32,973 bases of DNA from a virus (lineage: Duplodnaviria; Caudoviricetes), in IMG/VR virus record IMGVR_UViG_3300043399_000882, positions 1 through 32,973 of that record, one strand, 5' to 3'. Below are positions 32,697-32,973 of this stretch, piece after piece; position 1 is the first letter of the stretch; the number at the start of each line of letters is the position of its first letter. The notes beneath the pieces were generated by a model. The model was not told the origin of the DNA, made no database searches, and saw nothing but the letters and a program-made list of their open reading frames with translations. Position numbers and translations under genes: made by a program.

Positions 32697-32973
32697 ATGT
32701 CTTTATTTAAAAAAGTAGCCTGCTTCACAGACCTTCATGTTGGCCTGAAAAGCAACAGCACCACACATCTAAGTGACTGCGAAGAATTTATTGATTGGTT
32801 TATAGACACAGCCAAAAAGGAAGGGGCAGAGACTTGTATCTTCCTTGGTGATTGGAGTCACAATCGAAATAGTCTAAACCTAATCACACTAGACACTAGC
32901 ATCCGTTTACTGGAAAAACTAGGAGCTGCTTTTGAGCAGTTTTTCTGGTTTCCAGGTAATCACGATTTGTTCT
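32697..32973 (+). CDS. gp47: Recombination endonuclease subunit (T4 gp47 / Mre11-SbcD metallophosphoesterase), N-terminal part; runs off the window and is not in the ORF track
   Basis: My translation is MSLFKKVACFTDLHVGLKSNS...CIFLGDWSHNRN...FFWFPGNHDLF, with the DxH, GD and GNHD phosphoesterase motifs. A GGAG Shine-Dalgarno lies at 32681-32684. Confidence 0.92.
   Translation, partial: MSLFKKVACFTDLHVGLKSNSTTHLSDCEEFIDWFIDTAKKEGAETCIFLGDWSHNRNSLNLITLDTSIRLLEKLGAAFEQFFWFPGNHDLF

Noticed and set aside
1-32973. Stop-codon reassignment, CRISPR array, tRNA or other structured ncRNA
   Set aside because: Genes are full length and tightly packed in the standard code. The longest intergenic gap is ~100 bp, and I saw no repeat-spacer or cloverleaf pattern.

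Overview
This is a densely coding segment of a large (probably jumbo) T4-related myophage genome, read in the standard genetic code. A ~30 kb minus-strand late operon for baseplate and tail-fibre proteins (1185-31620) is flanked by plus-strand DNA-metabolism genes. On the left are the 3' end of thymidylate synthase and a free-standing GIY-YIG/NUMOD3 homing endonuclease. On the right are a gp55-type late sigma factor and the start of a gp47/Mre11-like nuclease. In transcription order the structural operon encodes a gp48/54-like tube initiator, a gp53/LysM-like protein, a gp27-like hub with a long Ser/Ala/Gly tail, a gp5-like spike with a C-terminal GH19 lysozyme, gp25, gp6, a 4530-aa multidomain baseplate protein, a small collagen-repeat protein, a conserved structural protein and four paralogous fibres that share one N-terminal module. 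The most notable signals are: (i) an endonuclease next to an intronless thyA that has atypical codons at the position equivalent to the T4 td/I-TevI homing site; (ii) promoters nested inside hairpins that would cover translation starts (gp47, gp25); (iii) TAAATA late-promoter motifs only 5 nt from ATGs, suggesting leaderless mRNAs; (iv) hub and spike proteins with C-terminal extensions reminiscent of evolved VgrG; and (v) Ser/Thr clusters throughout the virion proteins. I saw no CRISPR array, tRNA, rRNA, reverse transcriptase, intein or intron. All family assignments come from recognising motifs by eye, not from database searches.
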